A stretch of 64,000 nucleotides of DNA. Origin: Chara braunii (taxonomy: Eukaryota > Plantae > Charophyceae). Below, piece after piece: positions 49,044 through 61,709 of this stretch (positions within the stretch are counted from its first letter, which is position 1; each line of letters opens with the position of its first letter). The translations under genes and the position numbers were made by a program. The notes beneath the pieces are model-generated. The model made no database searches and had not been told where the DNA came from. It worked only from the letters and a program-made list of their open reading frames with translations. The stretch is taken from positions 5,270,347 to 5,334,346 of the forward strand of contig BFEA01000017.1 in NCBI GenBank assembly GCA_003427395.1, read 5' to 3'.

Positions 49044-49074
<31 letters not shown>

Positions 49075-50064
49075 TGCAATGAGCATGCTAGTAGGCTGTG
49101 CTCTGGGCCCAAGTCCCGCTAGAAAGGTTGAGTTTCCTCAACGCCTGAATCTGGATGTGTTTGTGGAGAGGTGCGGTTGAGGAAACTCAACGCTACCAAT
49201 GGGACTTGGGTCAGCGGGACTCGGGCCCTGGTCTCTTCCTGCACCCACTGAATTTCTTGCCTCCACTTAGATCCGTGATGCGCTGATGTCAGACTCCCTC
49301 GAGCGAGGTCCCATTGTCAAAGGGCTAGGATAGGAAAAAAAAGTTTGTGTGGCAGTAGAGCGACCCAAATCCGCCCTGCAATGACTTGTGATCCCATGGT
49401 CAGTGTTTTATATGTATTACCTGGAAAAAGGAGAACATCTGAGTTCCCCTCCTCCTCTCCTTCAGACTGGGCATGCCGTTGCGAAAGGAGCTTCCCGCCA
49501 AAATATGCTCTATCCCATTGGGGGGGGTATGCCCAACCCCAATATGCCCAACCCAACGAGAGCTAGGGCTGTGCATACCACCAAGGGATAGAAGGTTTTC
49601 AACTTTTCAGTAATCTCGCTACTTTTGTGCAATAATGATGAATAATCTCATTTTCCGGTTGAAGCACTGCTTAAATCACGGACTGTATAGAGGCCATTAT
49701 GATCATGGCGGACAGAAATCTCTTTTCTCATTCAGAAATCTGGCAGTTATTTTTTTCACTCTTGTCGCGACCTCTGCGATGGGATCATTTTGTGATCTGA
49801 TGGCTGGGAAGCACTGCTCCGTGATTTCTGGGCATGAGGTCTCTGTTTCCTTTTTCCTTTTGGTTGCCTTTCTCCTGCTTTCCCTGTGAAAAAAACCGTA
49901 ATGAATCTGTCGTACACTCTATCGTATGCTAGTGCAATCCTTTGTAAGCATGTGTAATGGATTGTGCCTATGGGTGTATCACTGTATCTTGCTTATCTGT
50001 TCTCATGCTTGATGCTGTATTGCCATACAGCAGGTCAATTCAATAGTGGGACAACGGCCCGGTT

Positions 50065-50095
<31 letters not shown>

Positions 50096-51181
50096 TTCAA
50101 TAGCGGGACCACGGCCCTGGTTGTCTCCTTTTTTTTTTTCTTTTTTTTTTTTTAACTTCGTATACAGGAAACCTACTTAACGAGGTGATAAGAGCATCCC
50201 TGGTAAGTAGGTCCCAGCGTCGAAGGCTCCATCTATTGGTGGGGAGCTGCACCTGCTGGAAATCAGGTCCACCGTCCCTGTACAATGATGTGAATGTATC
50301 AGCTGGAAATCGGATCCAGCGTCCCAATACAGAGATGTGTTGATATCTCCTCCCTCCCGAGATCCCATGTGCTGTATGTATGATGTGAGTGCTTGTATAT
50401 TTGTGTATTTGTTTGTTTGTGTCGATGCAATCTATATGATCTGTGCTTCGTATGCTTGTGCTGTAAAAGGGTTCCATCTGCTGTGTGTGCTGTGGGTGAC
50501 AGTGTTGTGCTGTGGTGCTTTTGTATCTCAGTTGTGTAATATGATGCATGATGTGAGTGTGTTGGTGTGTTGAGTGAGTAGTGTGAGTAGTGATGTATGG
50601 TAGATCTGTATGCGTCAGCGGGATGAAGACATCTTTGTAACCAATGTGGCAACATTATGTGACCAAATTGTGGCCATATTGTGACCGCGTCAGCATACCC
50701 AGGTGGGTGCCATTGCCTTCTCTGGAGGCTTCTGTGCGAGCACCTGGCTTTCTTCGGTGCTTATCAAGCACAGGCAGCAACAGGCCCCACTTTCTGTCTA
50801 AGATCTCCTACTTCTAGCCTTCCATCCCATTCCATCCATTCCCGTTTCTGAGCGATGGACTCAGAGTTCAAGTGTGCAATGGTCAATCCATGGTGCCCTC
50901 ACTCCCATTAGTCCCTCCAGCCTAGAGCTCTTAAGACCTTAAAACCTCTAAACCCCTAAACCCCTAAACCCTGGACCTCTGCCAACAGTCCTTTATGCCC
51001 CTCCTATTGTTCCTCTGTTGTTCCCCCGAAGGCGTTGGCACTGTTAAAACCCTTTTCCCTGACTGAGAGTCCATACTTGTCCGGCATTGAGCAAAGGGAA
51101 GTTGGGTACAGGGGAGGGGAGGGGAGGGTGGGGGGAGAGGGGGGGAGGGGGGAAGGGAGACGAGGGGAGGAAGGCGGAGGT

Positions 51182-51360
51182 TGGGTGTCACCGACTTCGG
51201 TATCGGGATTCGGGTATTTCTAGTCATAAAGAAGGGTGAAGTTAGGCATTTGAAAGGGGCCCCCGTCGGCTGGGTGTCACGGACTTCGGTATCAGGATTC
51301 GGGCATTTCTAGTCATAAAGAAGGGTGAAGTTAGGCATTTCAAAGGGGCATCCGTCGGCT
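51182..51360. repeat. 89-bp tandem duplication
   Basis: TGGGTGTCAC...CGTCGGC occurs twice. Confidence 0.9.
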
Positions 51361-51653
51361 GCATGTCATCCAGCGGCTGTTTTCCCTTTTTTTAATAAAA
51401 AAGCATCTCTTTATTATATTCGAAAAGGAAGAGAATTGAAGCCAGGGACCTCACAACTCAACCCAGAATACTGGGGGCATGTCAAAGATGCCGCTTCTTT
51501 TTTTCTTTTTTTCTTTTTTTCTTTTTTTTTTAGTGGCCTTGTTTTCTCCTCATCAGATAATGTCATGCCTTTCAAAGGGAAATTTAAAATAGAAATAAAA
51601 ATGAAAGGAGACTGGACTCTGGAGTGATGGGAACAGTAAAGCCATTCTCAAAA

Positions 51654-52038
51654 TGAAAGAGGACTTGCTCCACAATAGGAAAGTCAGAGGGAGGAGAAGG
51701 AGGTGCACCAGCATGGTGGCTGAATGTTAGACACCTAGAAACACTGGTATCAAAGAGGATTTGCTCCACAATAGGAAAGTCAAAGGGAGGAGAAGGAGGT
51801 GCACCAGCATGGTGGCTGAATGGTAGACACTGAGAAACACTGGTATGAAAGAGGATTTGCTCCACAATAGGAAAGTCAAAGAGAGGAGAAGGAGGTGCAC
51901 CAGCATTGTGGCTGAATGGTAGACACCTAGAAACGCTGGTATGAAAGAGGATTAAATTTGCTCCACAATAGGAAAGTCAAGGGGAGGAGGAGGTGCATCG
52001 GCATGGTGGCTGAATGGTAGACACCTAGAAACACTGGT
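51654..52038. repeat. ~95-bp minisatellite (4 copies)
   Basis: Unit similar to GAAAGAGGATTTGCTCCACAATAGGAAAGTCAAAGGGAGGAGAAGGAGGTGCACCAGCATGGTGGCTGAATGGTAGACACCTAGAAACACTGGTAT. Confidence 0.95.
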
Positions 52039-52059
52039 CGATGGACTTAGGACTTTGGA

Positions 52060-52640
52060 AGAATATAAAGTTCCAACCGCGGTTGAGAAGAATACAAAGT
52101 TGACACCGCGGCATGAGAAACGGAAACAAATAATGAGGACATTGAGAAGCAAGAGCATAAAGGGGCTGGGGGGCATTTCGGATGCAGTCTTGATTTGCAT
52201 TCATTCTCGGAGCAGGTTTTCCAGGCTAGAACCTGGAGGCCTCACTCTGCAGGGCCGTGCAGGCTGATTGCTTGGGGATTGCACAGACAGTTCTTTAGTT
52301 GTACCAAATTACTACCAATCCAGAGTCAGGACATCATCCCTTCCCTTACCTTCTTTAAGCAAATAGTGGGTCTCGCGTAAAGCTCGCATGTGAGGCCCGC
52401 CTTCCAGTGTTGGGAAAGCTTTTCGCTGGGCCAGGGGAGGCATGTCCGTCAGCTGGAATATTCGAATACAAGTACATCGCAACACATTGGGCCTCTCCAG
52501 TTGAGCTTTGGTAACTAAAAGTAAAATAGTTTTCTTGCATATATCCCTTTATGTTGTTCTTTTGGATTGATTGTTTTTAGTTGTACCGTTCTCTGAAGTT
52601 AGTTTTGGATACAATGGGATGGGTGGCATCTGGAATCATC
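52060..52640 (-). pseudogene. Possible highly degraded Penelope-like reverse transcriptase remnant
   Basis: Motifs appear in the expected order: HPIVS (cf. RPIVS), LYSNIP (cf. SLYTNIP) and LLNVL...STAVGT (cf. GTAMG). Spacing is imperfect. Confidence 0.3.
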
Positions 52641-53635
52641 ACAAAAGGACTATCGCTTGTTTTTTCATAAATGGACTGAGATCCCCAGGGACATACCCCT
52701 CCCTCCCGCCTCAGATTTCCCCGACCTGTTCCCACCACCAAATAACACCTTAGTTGAGCTCAGCTGGTATGGCCGAGACACTGTGGAACCCGCCCAGCAC
52801 AATCTTAGTGGGCCCAGTCAGGACGGAGAACGGGAATAGGAGGACAGGTTGCCTGCTCCAGTCGCCCCCTGGATGCAGACCCTGCCCCCCCTCATCCCCC
52901 TTCCCACCTGGCCGATCCTCCTAAGACTGGTTAAGAGGCTGTCAATGGTGCAGCTCAGAGTTAGGTAAATTCCTAGTACACAGGTATAGATGATTTGAGT
53001 CTCCATACTAGGGAATTCAGCAACCTGCTCAGTAAATCCTCTACAGGCCAGAGTAATCAAAAGGTCTGTTGTCTTGCCCAGTTATTACTCAGGTCTCCAA
53101 AGCACTCATTAATAGGGGGAGGAAGGAACTAGGGTGTTGCGGCAGAGATCTGACATTGAGTTCAGGGCGAAGAGGTTCCCCTCCTATCCAATTTGCCTGC
53201 TCAGTCAATCCCCCGGATCCAGGGGCAAGGAATCTCACACAACGCTGTTTTGATACATCCCAAACTCAGCTTGTATAATGGGACGCTGGACCCGTTTTCC
53301 AGCAGGTGCTGCTCCCCACCAATAGATGGAGCCCCTCCCCAGGCGCTAGTGGTGTCTGCACTTATCAGCACCACTAGCGCTGGCGGGGTAGTTTAAAAAA
53401 AAAAAAAAAAAAAAGGTTTTGCATTTCCTAAGATAGCCTGGACTGACTCTTGAAGAAGTAGACTGTACCCTCGGGTCCCTTCTGGTCCTGTAAAAAGCGA
53501 AACTGGGTAAGGCTCCCTGACAGGTACTTGGTTTCATTCTGGGATGGTTGTGAGGACCCCGGCCTCAAAGGATTATCTTTCTAAATAGAAGCCTTGGAAA
53601 AAAAAAAAAGAGAGAGAATGAATAGGGAGTTAAAC

Positions 53636-56385
53636 CCTTGCCAGAACGTGGAAAGATACATCGCCATAGTTTTTTGTCATTTCGACTCATTTGTGCCTGT
53701 GGAGAGTAGGCAATGTATCTTCCGGGTTCTGACAGTGTATTCGGTCTTTTTTTTTTTTTTGAGGTCTCAGCTTGGCAGTTGGGTTGCTGGCTGTAGATTA
53801 CCTTGGTTTAGCTTTTGTCGTTTTTAGGGCCTCGAAGCTATGTATACGGCCTCTCTCCACAACTCTCCAAATGTGCAAATGAGACTGAATCCTCCGCCAG
53901 AACGTGGAAAGATACATTGTCATGGTTTTTTGTCTTTTAATGATGTGGAGAGTAGTGGGGGTTTTGAAGGAAATTCCCGCCGTCATTCCACCTATTCTCA
54001 TGGAGGTCTCCCAAGGATGATTCCTTTTGGCCCCCGGCGGCCATTTTCATAATATTATAGTCGGCCGGGGGGGGGGGGGGGAAGAGCGCAATGCCTTGGT
54101 CCATTGGGTGATGTCCATCTTGCTACGGTGTGGTCCAGCTGCTGAACGGGAAATTTTGAAAGGCGCTGACGACGGAATAAGAAAAAGAAAAACCTTAAAA
54201 AGCAATGGACCTCCCCGTTCGAAAATCAAATTTTGAATTGGGTGCTGGACATCACGACGGCGATGCGGGGCAGGTGGCGTCCATATTGGTGATGGTGGAA
54301 ACAGGCATTCGCAGCGGCGCAGTGGAGTCGCCGTAAGTCGTCACAAATTTGTGAGTGCCCCACAAAGGTCCATAGCCATCGCCTCCTCCCTGCCGCGCGT
54401 ATGTGTGGAGTCGAGCACACGCAGGGAACGTCGTCGGCGACTTGGCGCTGAGGTTACCGTGGTCGTGGCGAGTTCATAGGCTGTTGTATTTTCATGGATC
54501 ATGAGCATTGTAACACATGCCGATGGAGGGCAGCAGCTACGACGGGCGTGCGAAGTTGATGAAGATCGAGAAGACGGCCGTGGTGGCGGCCTTGACGTCC
54601 GTGCTCTTTCGTTGTCAACAGGAGAGGGCATTAGGCAGAATGATATCGCAGATCCGCGCGCGGAGGAGGAAGACGCTTCATCAAGTCCCGGTCGAAGGGC
54701 TGGATACCGTGGCCATCACCGAGGTTTTAGTTCAGGTTTGCTGCACCATGGTTTGCAGTGTTCTCCCACGAGCAATGTCGAGGTGGTGGATGAAAAGGAG
54801 GACGGGGGGGGCGTGGGAGGATATCACCGAGGTTGACAATGCGATGACGCGACGGAGTACTTCCGGGAGAAACTGCATATGTCGCCACGTGTCTTTCGGG
54901 CGATGGCGATTGCATACAGTGTGGAGGAACGCTCGGGTGACCTGCTGCCGATGTCGATGTCGATCCCTCGTCTTCTCTGCTGGAGGCCTTTAATAGAGGT
55001 CGGCCATCAACGATGGAGAATGCACACGTGGAACAGGAGGACCACACCAAGGGAAATTGCGACTGGGAGCAGCAGTGGCAGCCTTCAATAGAGGTTGGCC
55101 ATCAACGATGAGTACGACAGCGCCGGAACTCCACGATGACGGTGAAGGTCCACGGAACGACGACGATGAAGGCAGCAAATGATAGAGGACAGCATACGGC
55201 ACACACACTCTAACGGGTCGTACCGCCTTTGGACTGTGAGCTGGGACTGGCCTGTGCGGTGACTCGTGGAGTGGTCCACTGAAGACCTGCTCTTCGCTTG
55301 GCATCCGTCCATGATGACGCCGTTCTTCGCAGAACGCCTCTTCCGTGTGCGTCCAGACAGCCTGTCGAGGATTCAGACGTGGAAGATGATTAGAAGGACA
55401 AACAAAATGATTACCAGCAGCAGCAGCGGCAGCCTTCGAAAGACGTCAGCCATGAACAAGATGTAGGGAAGGGAAGTAACTACATGATGTCTGTACACCT
55501 CCACCAAACAGTGACGAAGAGAGCAGCAAACGACCGACCGCAGCATCCGACAAATGCCCTCTAACGTTTTACGTCGCCGAGTACAGTGGGGAATCGAAAG
55601 GCGGGTCGGCTAAATATTCAATTTTGCCGGCCGTTGAAGCCCTTTCCGTTTGGCAGCTCGCACTGCGAGTGAGAACACCGGTTGAAGACGTTCGCGGAGG
55701 CCGCCCGGCCACCAACGGTTACCGTTGGCGTAAGGATCCTGGAAGCCGAACGTTGATGACCCAAGATGTCCGTGCGGTGGCCAGTAGGTACTCCAATGGA
55801 CCAGCCGATGAAACTTTCTTGCCGACGATGGGTGCCCTCGCCGCTCCGATTATCGTGGATCAAGACCTCCGAGGGACCTCAGGAGGTACCTTGGGGAAGG
55901 CCACAAAATGGCTGTAGCCCGAGGATGCCCCGAGGATTCCCAGAGAAAATGTTTTCACTTTTTTTTTTTTTTTTTATCCCCAAGGATAGGTGGAATGATA
56001 AACTCCTCGGGGACTTACGCGCCTGAGGAGTGTGTAACGAGCCCCTGAATCCTCTGCTAGAACGCGGAAAGATACGTTACCATGTTTGTTTTTTGTCATT
56101 TGTGCATGTGGAGAGTAGTGGAGCGTGGCCTGTAATCTCCTCAAGTCGTTCCCATTTTTTTTTGGGGGGGAGGGGCACCATTTCTCGGTTCATAGGTGTC
56201 ATCCTTGTGCAGGGTCCATGCTAACCTGGAGCTGCTTATAGGGCCTGAAAAACGGCCTTGCTCCACTACTCTCCAGATGTGGAAATCCGACTGAATCCTC
56301 CGCTAGAACGCGGAAAAATGTGTTGCCATGTTTGTTTTTTTGAGTTTTTGTCTTTTGTGCGTGTGGACAGTAGTGGAGTGCAGCC
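53636..56385 (+). repeat. Dispersed ~80-bp repeat (4 copies; coordinates span first to last copy)
   Basis: GAATCCTCCGCYAGAACGYGGAAAGATAC...CATG-T-rich-GTGGAGAGTAGTGG at ~53636, 53888, 56048 and 56293. Confidence 0.8.
54517..54910 (+). mobile_element. PIF/Harbinger (HARBI1-like) transposase 5' fragment
   Basis: RWWMKRRTGGAWED followed, after a frameshift, by EYFREKLHMSPRVFRAM. This matches the W...F...RMS..F N-terminus of Harbinger transposases. No DDE core follows. Confidence 0.65.
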
Positions 56386-56905
56386 CGTAATGTCCTTTCC
56401 GTCGTTCCTATTTCGCTTTCTTTCGTTTTGGGACCATTCCCCGGTTTATGCATGTCTACGTTGCCATGTTTTTTTGCGCCCCCCCCCCCCCGCCTGTTCT
56501 TGGTCCCTGCCGCCGATGTGGTGGGCATCCGCTTGTTGAAAAAAAAAGAGTCAGGACTCCAGACATCATTTGTGGTCTTGTCGTCTTGGCATCACAGCAT
56601 GAGCCTCAGGCCAAGGCTCCAGCAGGTCATTAGCGTCAACACTAAAAGGGACACAACATATGCACTGCAAACTTAGAGCAAGCTGTGATTGTTGCATCAT
56701 GCATGTGATGTTTCAGTTCGAAGCTTAGGCGCCATGTTCCTGAAGTGTCCACAACCTTCCATTTTCACTGAGGGGTCACTAACTTACTCTGAACGCCAGC
56801 CATTTACTCAAGGTATCTGCAGGCTGCTTGCGTATGGCCATGATTTTCTACGGCCATTTGAAATGTTAGCTGCTTGAACTGCTGCCACCATAAGAGCACA
56901 CACAC

Positions 56906-56965
<60 letters not shown>

Positions 56966-57700
56966 NNNNNNNNNNNNNNNNNNNNNNNNNNNNNNNNNNN
57001 NNNNNNNNNNNNNNNNNNNNNNNNNNNNNNNNNNNNNNNNNNNNNNNNNNNNNNNNNNNNNNNNNNNNNNNNNNNNNNNNNNNNNNNNNNNNNNNNNNNN
57101 NNNNNNNNNNNNNNNNNNNNNNNNNNNNNNNNNNNNNNNNNNNNNNNNNNNNNNNNNNNNNNNNNNNNNNNNNNNNNNNNNNNNNNNNNNNNNNNNNNNN
57201 NNNNNNNNNNNNNNNNNNNNNNNNNNNNNNNNNNNNNNNNNNNNNNNNNNNNNNNNNNNNNNNNNNNNNNNNNNNNNNNNNNNNNNNNNNNNNNNNNNNN
57301 NNNNNNNNNNNNNNNNNNNNNNNNNNNNNNNNNNNNNNNNNNNNNNNNNNNNNNNNNNNNNNNNNNNNNNNNNNNNNNNNNNNNNNNNNNNNNNNNNNNN
57401 NNNNNNNNNNNNNNNNNNNNNNNNNNNNNNNNNNNNNNNNNNNNNNNNNNNNNNNNNNNNNNNNNNNNNNNNNNNNNNNNNNNNNNNNNNNNNNNNNNNN
57501 NNNNNNNNNNNNNNNNNNNNNNNNNNNNNNNNNNNNNNNNNNNNNNNNNNNNNNNNNNNNNNNNNNNNNNNNNNNNNNNNNNNNNNNNNNNNNNNNNNNN
57601 NNNNNNNNNNNNNNNNNNNNNNNNNNNNNNNNNNNNNNNNNNNNNNNNNNNNNNNNNNNNNNNNNNNNNNNNNNNNNNNNNNNNNNNNNNNNNNNNNNNN
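56966..57700. other. Assembly gap (other gaps at 19874-20094, 36177-36220 and 60839-60908)
   Basis: Runs of N. Confidence 0.99.
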
Positions 57701-59340
57701 AAAAAAAAAAAAAAAAAAGAACAGACCCATCCCAGGCGCAGTTATGGACAGTATTTTTAGAAGGTGGGAAAGGGATGTTTCCATGGGTAGAGAAGAACTG
57801 TGTGGCTTCAGATGGTTGAACTATACCCATATCAGACCGACTAACCACAATGCACTACAATAGCAGATTATACACAGATGTCTGCCCACGCTGGACTGGA
57901 TAACAGAGAGAACAGATATCGAACAAAGATGTCTGCTCTCCCCGCTGTGTACGTACTGTGAACTAATCTCGCCCAGGAAGAGGGCAACCCTGGAGCAATG
58001 GCTGCTGGACTGCCCCGTGGTCGTCCGCCTCTGGCGCTGGTGGGACGCGGCCTTGCACTATCTAACAGGAGACGACATTGCCTGTGGGATGGGAAGACCA
58101 CCCTTTTGGCCACCCTCCCCAGCAAGGGAACTGACTGGACACCATTCATGTTAACCCGCTTTAAGTGTGTCAGGTTGGCTTTGCTAATGGCGGCCTGGGG
58201 GTAAGACCACCCTTTTGGGTATCCTCCCCACTGAAGGAACTGACTGGACACCATTCATGTTAAACCGCTAGTACACGGCCCCAGCCTTGCAGAAAGTTTT
58301 TGTCGCCACAAGCAAAGCTCGAAGGAGCCGCTCGGCCAGGCCCGCCGTTGAAAAAAAAAATTGGCGGCCTGCAAAGTGGTGCGGTTTTCGTGCGGACACC
58401 CGCGGGCCGATAGGTGGTGTACTGGTGCTTTTAACCTCTTCGAGTATGTCCAGTTGGCTTTGCTAGTGGCGGCCTGGCAAATGAGGTGCTCGCTCCAGAG
58501 GAGACAAGACAAAGACATGTTCGGCTTCCAGCAAGCCAAGGCCTCAATTGCAGCTACAATAACAGTCAACACTCACGAAGCCTGGGAAAATCTGCAACCC
58601 AGGATGCAACACGAGACGGACATACCGAAGAGAACACAAATGGTTGAATGAACTTGAATCATTCACGACCACATGTTTTGACTCCAAACAAAGACTCTGC
58701 AGGTTAGACCACCAGCAAAACCTGCAATGGCAGCCCTGGCCTACAACAGAAAACCAGGGGGGCGTTCTCCCGACAGACCGCTTTTCTCTACGTATTCATG
58801 CAGCGAGCTTTGCGCTTCTTCTTCCCACGGAACCGCTCTAGACCCAGTCCCCCCCCCCCCCCCCCCCCCCCATTCTTTGTTCTCCCGGTGTGCTATCCCC
58901 GACCCTTCTCTCCTTAAACCCTCTTCCGTCTCCCGTCCCCCTCAACCTTCACCTGACCACATGCCGGCCAGGATGGCGCTTACAGATCACCATGCCACTT
59001 TCGAATGGAGCCAAGAACTAAAGTCCCTATGGCAACAGGAGGAGAGTGGGGTCATGACTACGGAAGGAGAAGGGGAACTACAAAGGGGATTAAGTAGGGT
59101 TTAAGGGAGGGGAACTACAATGGGGGTTTAGTAGGGTTTAAGGAAGATTGGAAGAGGAGGAAGGGGGAAGGTTAAGGGCAAAAGGATGGATAGTCAGAAA
59201 TATCAAATATTAAAAATACTAAAATAGTCATAATCCCATATAGGATCCATACTCATAATAAGCGCTGGCTTACTTATGTCTTTCTCGTTTCACTGAAAAA
59301 CATTACTTTACTTCACATCACTCCATGTACATTACCATTG

Positions 59341-59465
59341 TAACTGTTTTAACTGTTTTAACTGTTTCAAGTTTCAACTGCTTTAACTGTTTCAACTGTT
59401 TTAACTGTTTCAACTGCTTTAACTGCTTTAACTGTTTCAACTGTTTTAACTGTTTCAACTGTTTT
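59341..59465. repeat. 9-bp tandem repeat (AACTGYTTY)n, ~13 copies
   Basis: Seen directly; it explains the FNC and LKQ repeat ORFs. Confidence 0.97.
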
Positions 59466-59938
59466 AGACGGCCCCTGGTACAGGGCGAAGAGGTATTCTC
59501 CTCTCCTCTGATCAACCTGCACAGTTCATTCCCTGGAGGATAGTGTAATCAATGCTTAAAAAAAAAAAAAAAAAAAAGCTCTGCCCCCCCCCCAAAAAAA
59601 AACCAAAAAAAAAGACTGTTTAAGACATCTCAGACACTCCAGTGGTCATCAGCTGCTCAGACATCAATTATAGTCCGCTGACAGACATCTCAGACATTGT
59701 TACTTCACATCTGATATGGCCTACATAGGCTAGTAGAAGGCATTTGTAGCATAAGAAGACAACTGGGTGGCTTGCCACCCGCACGAATGACATGGTCGGT
59801 GCCTGTACCGCAGATACATGCTTCACTGGCCACATCGATGTAACAAAATGACAGTGATGTACAGGGACGTCGGGCAGTCTTTTTCTCTTCTCCAGGTGTG
59901 AAAGGCATACTTGGGAAAAGAAAAGCACGGACGTGGTT

Positions 59939-60312
59939 TCACACTGCGGTGCCAGTCTTGTCGGGCAGATCGGTCGCCGGAAGCCGGCCGTTCTTTGGGA
60001 ATTCTTTGTCGGTGCCTGGACCAGGTGCAATGGACGGAGGAACCATGAAGAAGTACTCGTAGAAAAGTCGGCCGACGCTAGCACCCAGAAGTGGGCCGAA
60101 CCAATAAATCCAGTGGTCCCGCCATTGGTGCGACCAGACAGCGGGGCCAATGGACCTGGCGGGGTTCAGGGACGCCCCTGTGATTGGAATGGCCATCAGG
60201 TTGGTGACGACAACCGTAAGTCCGATCATCAATGGGGCGCTGGCGGACGGACCACACGGATCCACAGCCGTGCCCCAAATGATGAGGGCTAATGTGAAAG
60301 TGACGATGGTCT
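59939..60312 (-). CDS. Aquaporin (MIP family), terminal exon, HIP-like
   Basis: ETIVTFTLALIIWGTAVD...APLMIGLTVVVTNLMAIPITGASLNPARSIGPAVWSHQWRDHWIYWFGPLLGA covers TM4-TM6 with the second NPA. It is preceded by acceptor TTTTTGACAG (phase 1, within the Glu codon). Upstream exons not found in the window. Confidence 0.93.
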
Positions 60313-61709
60313 CTGTCAAAAAGGCAGTCCTGACTTTAATCTGTGCGGCATTTCTGTCCACCTATGTGCCGTTCATAGCATTAATTCGCGTGCTGAAATG
60401 ATGGCTCCCTAGGTTGCCCTGCTCAAAGTCCAAAGAAAAAGATGCACACGGACAGCCAAATGCACAGAGGGGGAAACGATTGAAGCCATAATAATCAGGA
60501 TCAAGGTCAGCGTTTGACTGGTACCGAGGCACGCTGACAGCTGCATGGCTGCTGAGGTGGTCTCGGGAGCATGCACGCATGTTCGTTTACAAGACATATT
60601 ATTTGGCATGAACATAGTGGATGCAGATCAGGCAGGATCATGGAGGATGACTGTCTCCATGGCACAGAACAACCTTTATAATAGTTATCCGCAACTCTTC
60701 ACATGGTCCAGAAAGTAGAAGGATTCAATCCCTGACATGTGAACGCAAATCTATTCACTGTTTCACTGCAAAATATTATTGAAAAGCCTCGGGCAAGGAT
60801 AGGTAAGATGCGAAAAAAAAAAAAAAAAAAAAAAAAAANNNNNNNNNNNNNNNNNNNNNNNNNNNNNNNNNNNNNNNNNNNNNNNNNNNNNNNNNNNNNN
60901 NNNNNNNNCTGAGACTGTGGTCTTCGCCCTTTTTTTTTTTTTTTTTTTTTCCCGGTCTCAGCCGTGGTTTGCGTCACAAGCGTATCTATCATGGCCGTCC
61001 ATTTTTTTTGGCTCCTATCAGCTGACAGGTCAACTGGTCAACTGGTTGGCAGGTGGCAGCTACCGGTAGTCGAGGACCGCTCAGTGCGCTCACCTCTGCA
61101 GGCTCGTGAAGAGCAGGCAGGGAACAGCACAGGGTGTGAGGGGCGATAACTTGGAGTGCCAATTGCAAGGCACACTAATGTTTCAGCAGGTCCCCGGTGG
61201 ATAGAAAAACGAAAAATAGCCGAGGCTGTCTTCCTCGGCACGTTCGTTGTTGTGCGCAGTTGGGACTGACACTGCATGTTTTCTAGTGTATGCCTCCGCA
61301 AGGATAGAATGGAGCAGACAGTGGTGGGGCTGCTAGAGGGGGATGAATGCTCGTATCACCCCCCTCTAGCAGACTGGGGCTGAATTGCCTAAAAAGAACA
61401 GAGGAAAAGGAAAAAAAGAAAAAAGTGTATGTTGTCCAGTGTATGGCTTGATGCCCCATGAGGCAATAGCCCTTCAATGCATGCAATCGCAAAACTAATG
61501 AGGTGATTGTTCTTCATTCTGCCTGTTCTTCTTTCCTTCTGCATATCAATAGCGCGGCAATTTCTTTATTGGTAGCGCCTCTCACGGTCAGGCGCTATAA
61601 TCGTGAAGTGTAAACAAACAACCTTGCTCACTGCAGACACAGTTGCTCCATTTTTTGAATCGTGTGCTGTGAACTTGCTTTGGATGCCATAGGGTGGATA
61701 GAATGCCAT

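Noticed and set aside
51654-52038. CRISPR-like array
   Set aside because: Units are near-identical along their whole length with no unique spacers, in a eukaryotic context without cas genes.
61216-61258. IAEAVFLGTFVVV resembling aquaporin helix 1
   Set aside because: It lies on the strand opposite to the aquaporin exon and has no flanking MIP similarity.
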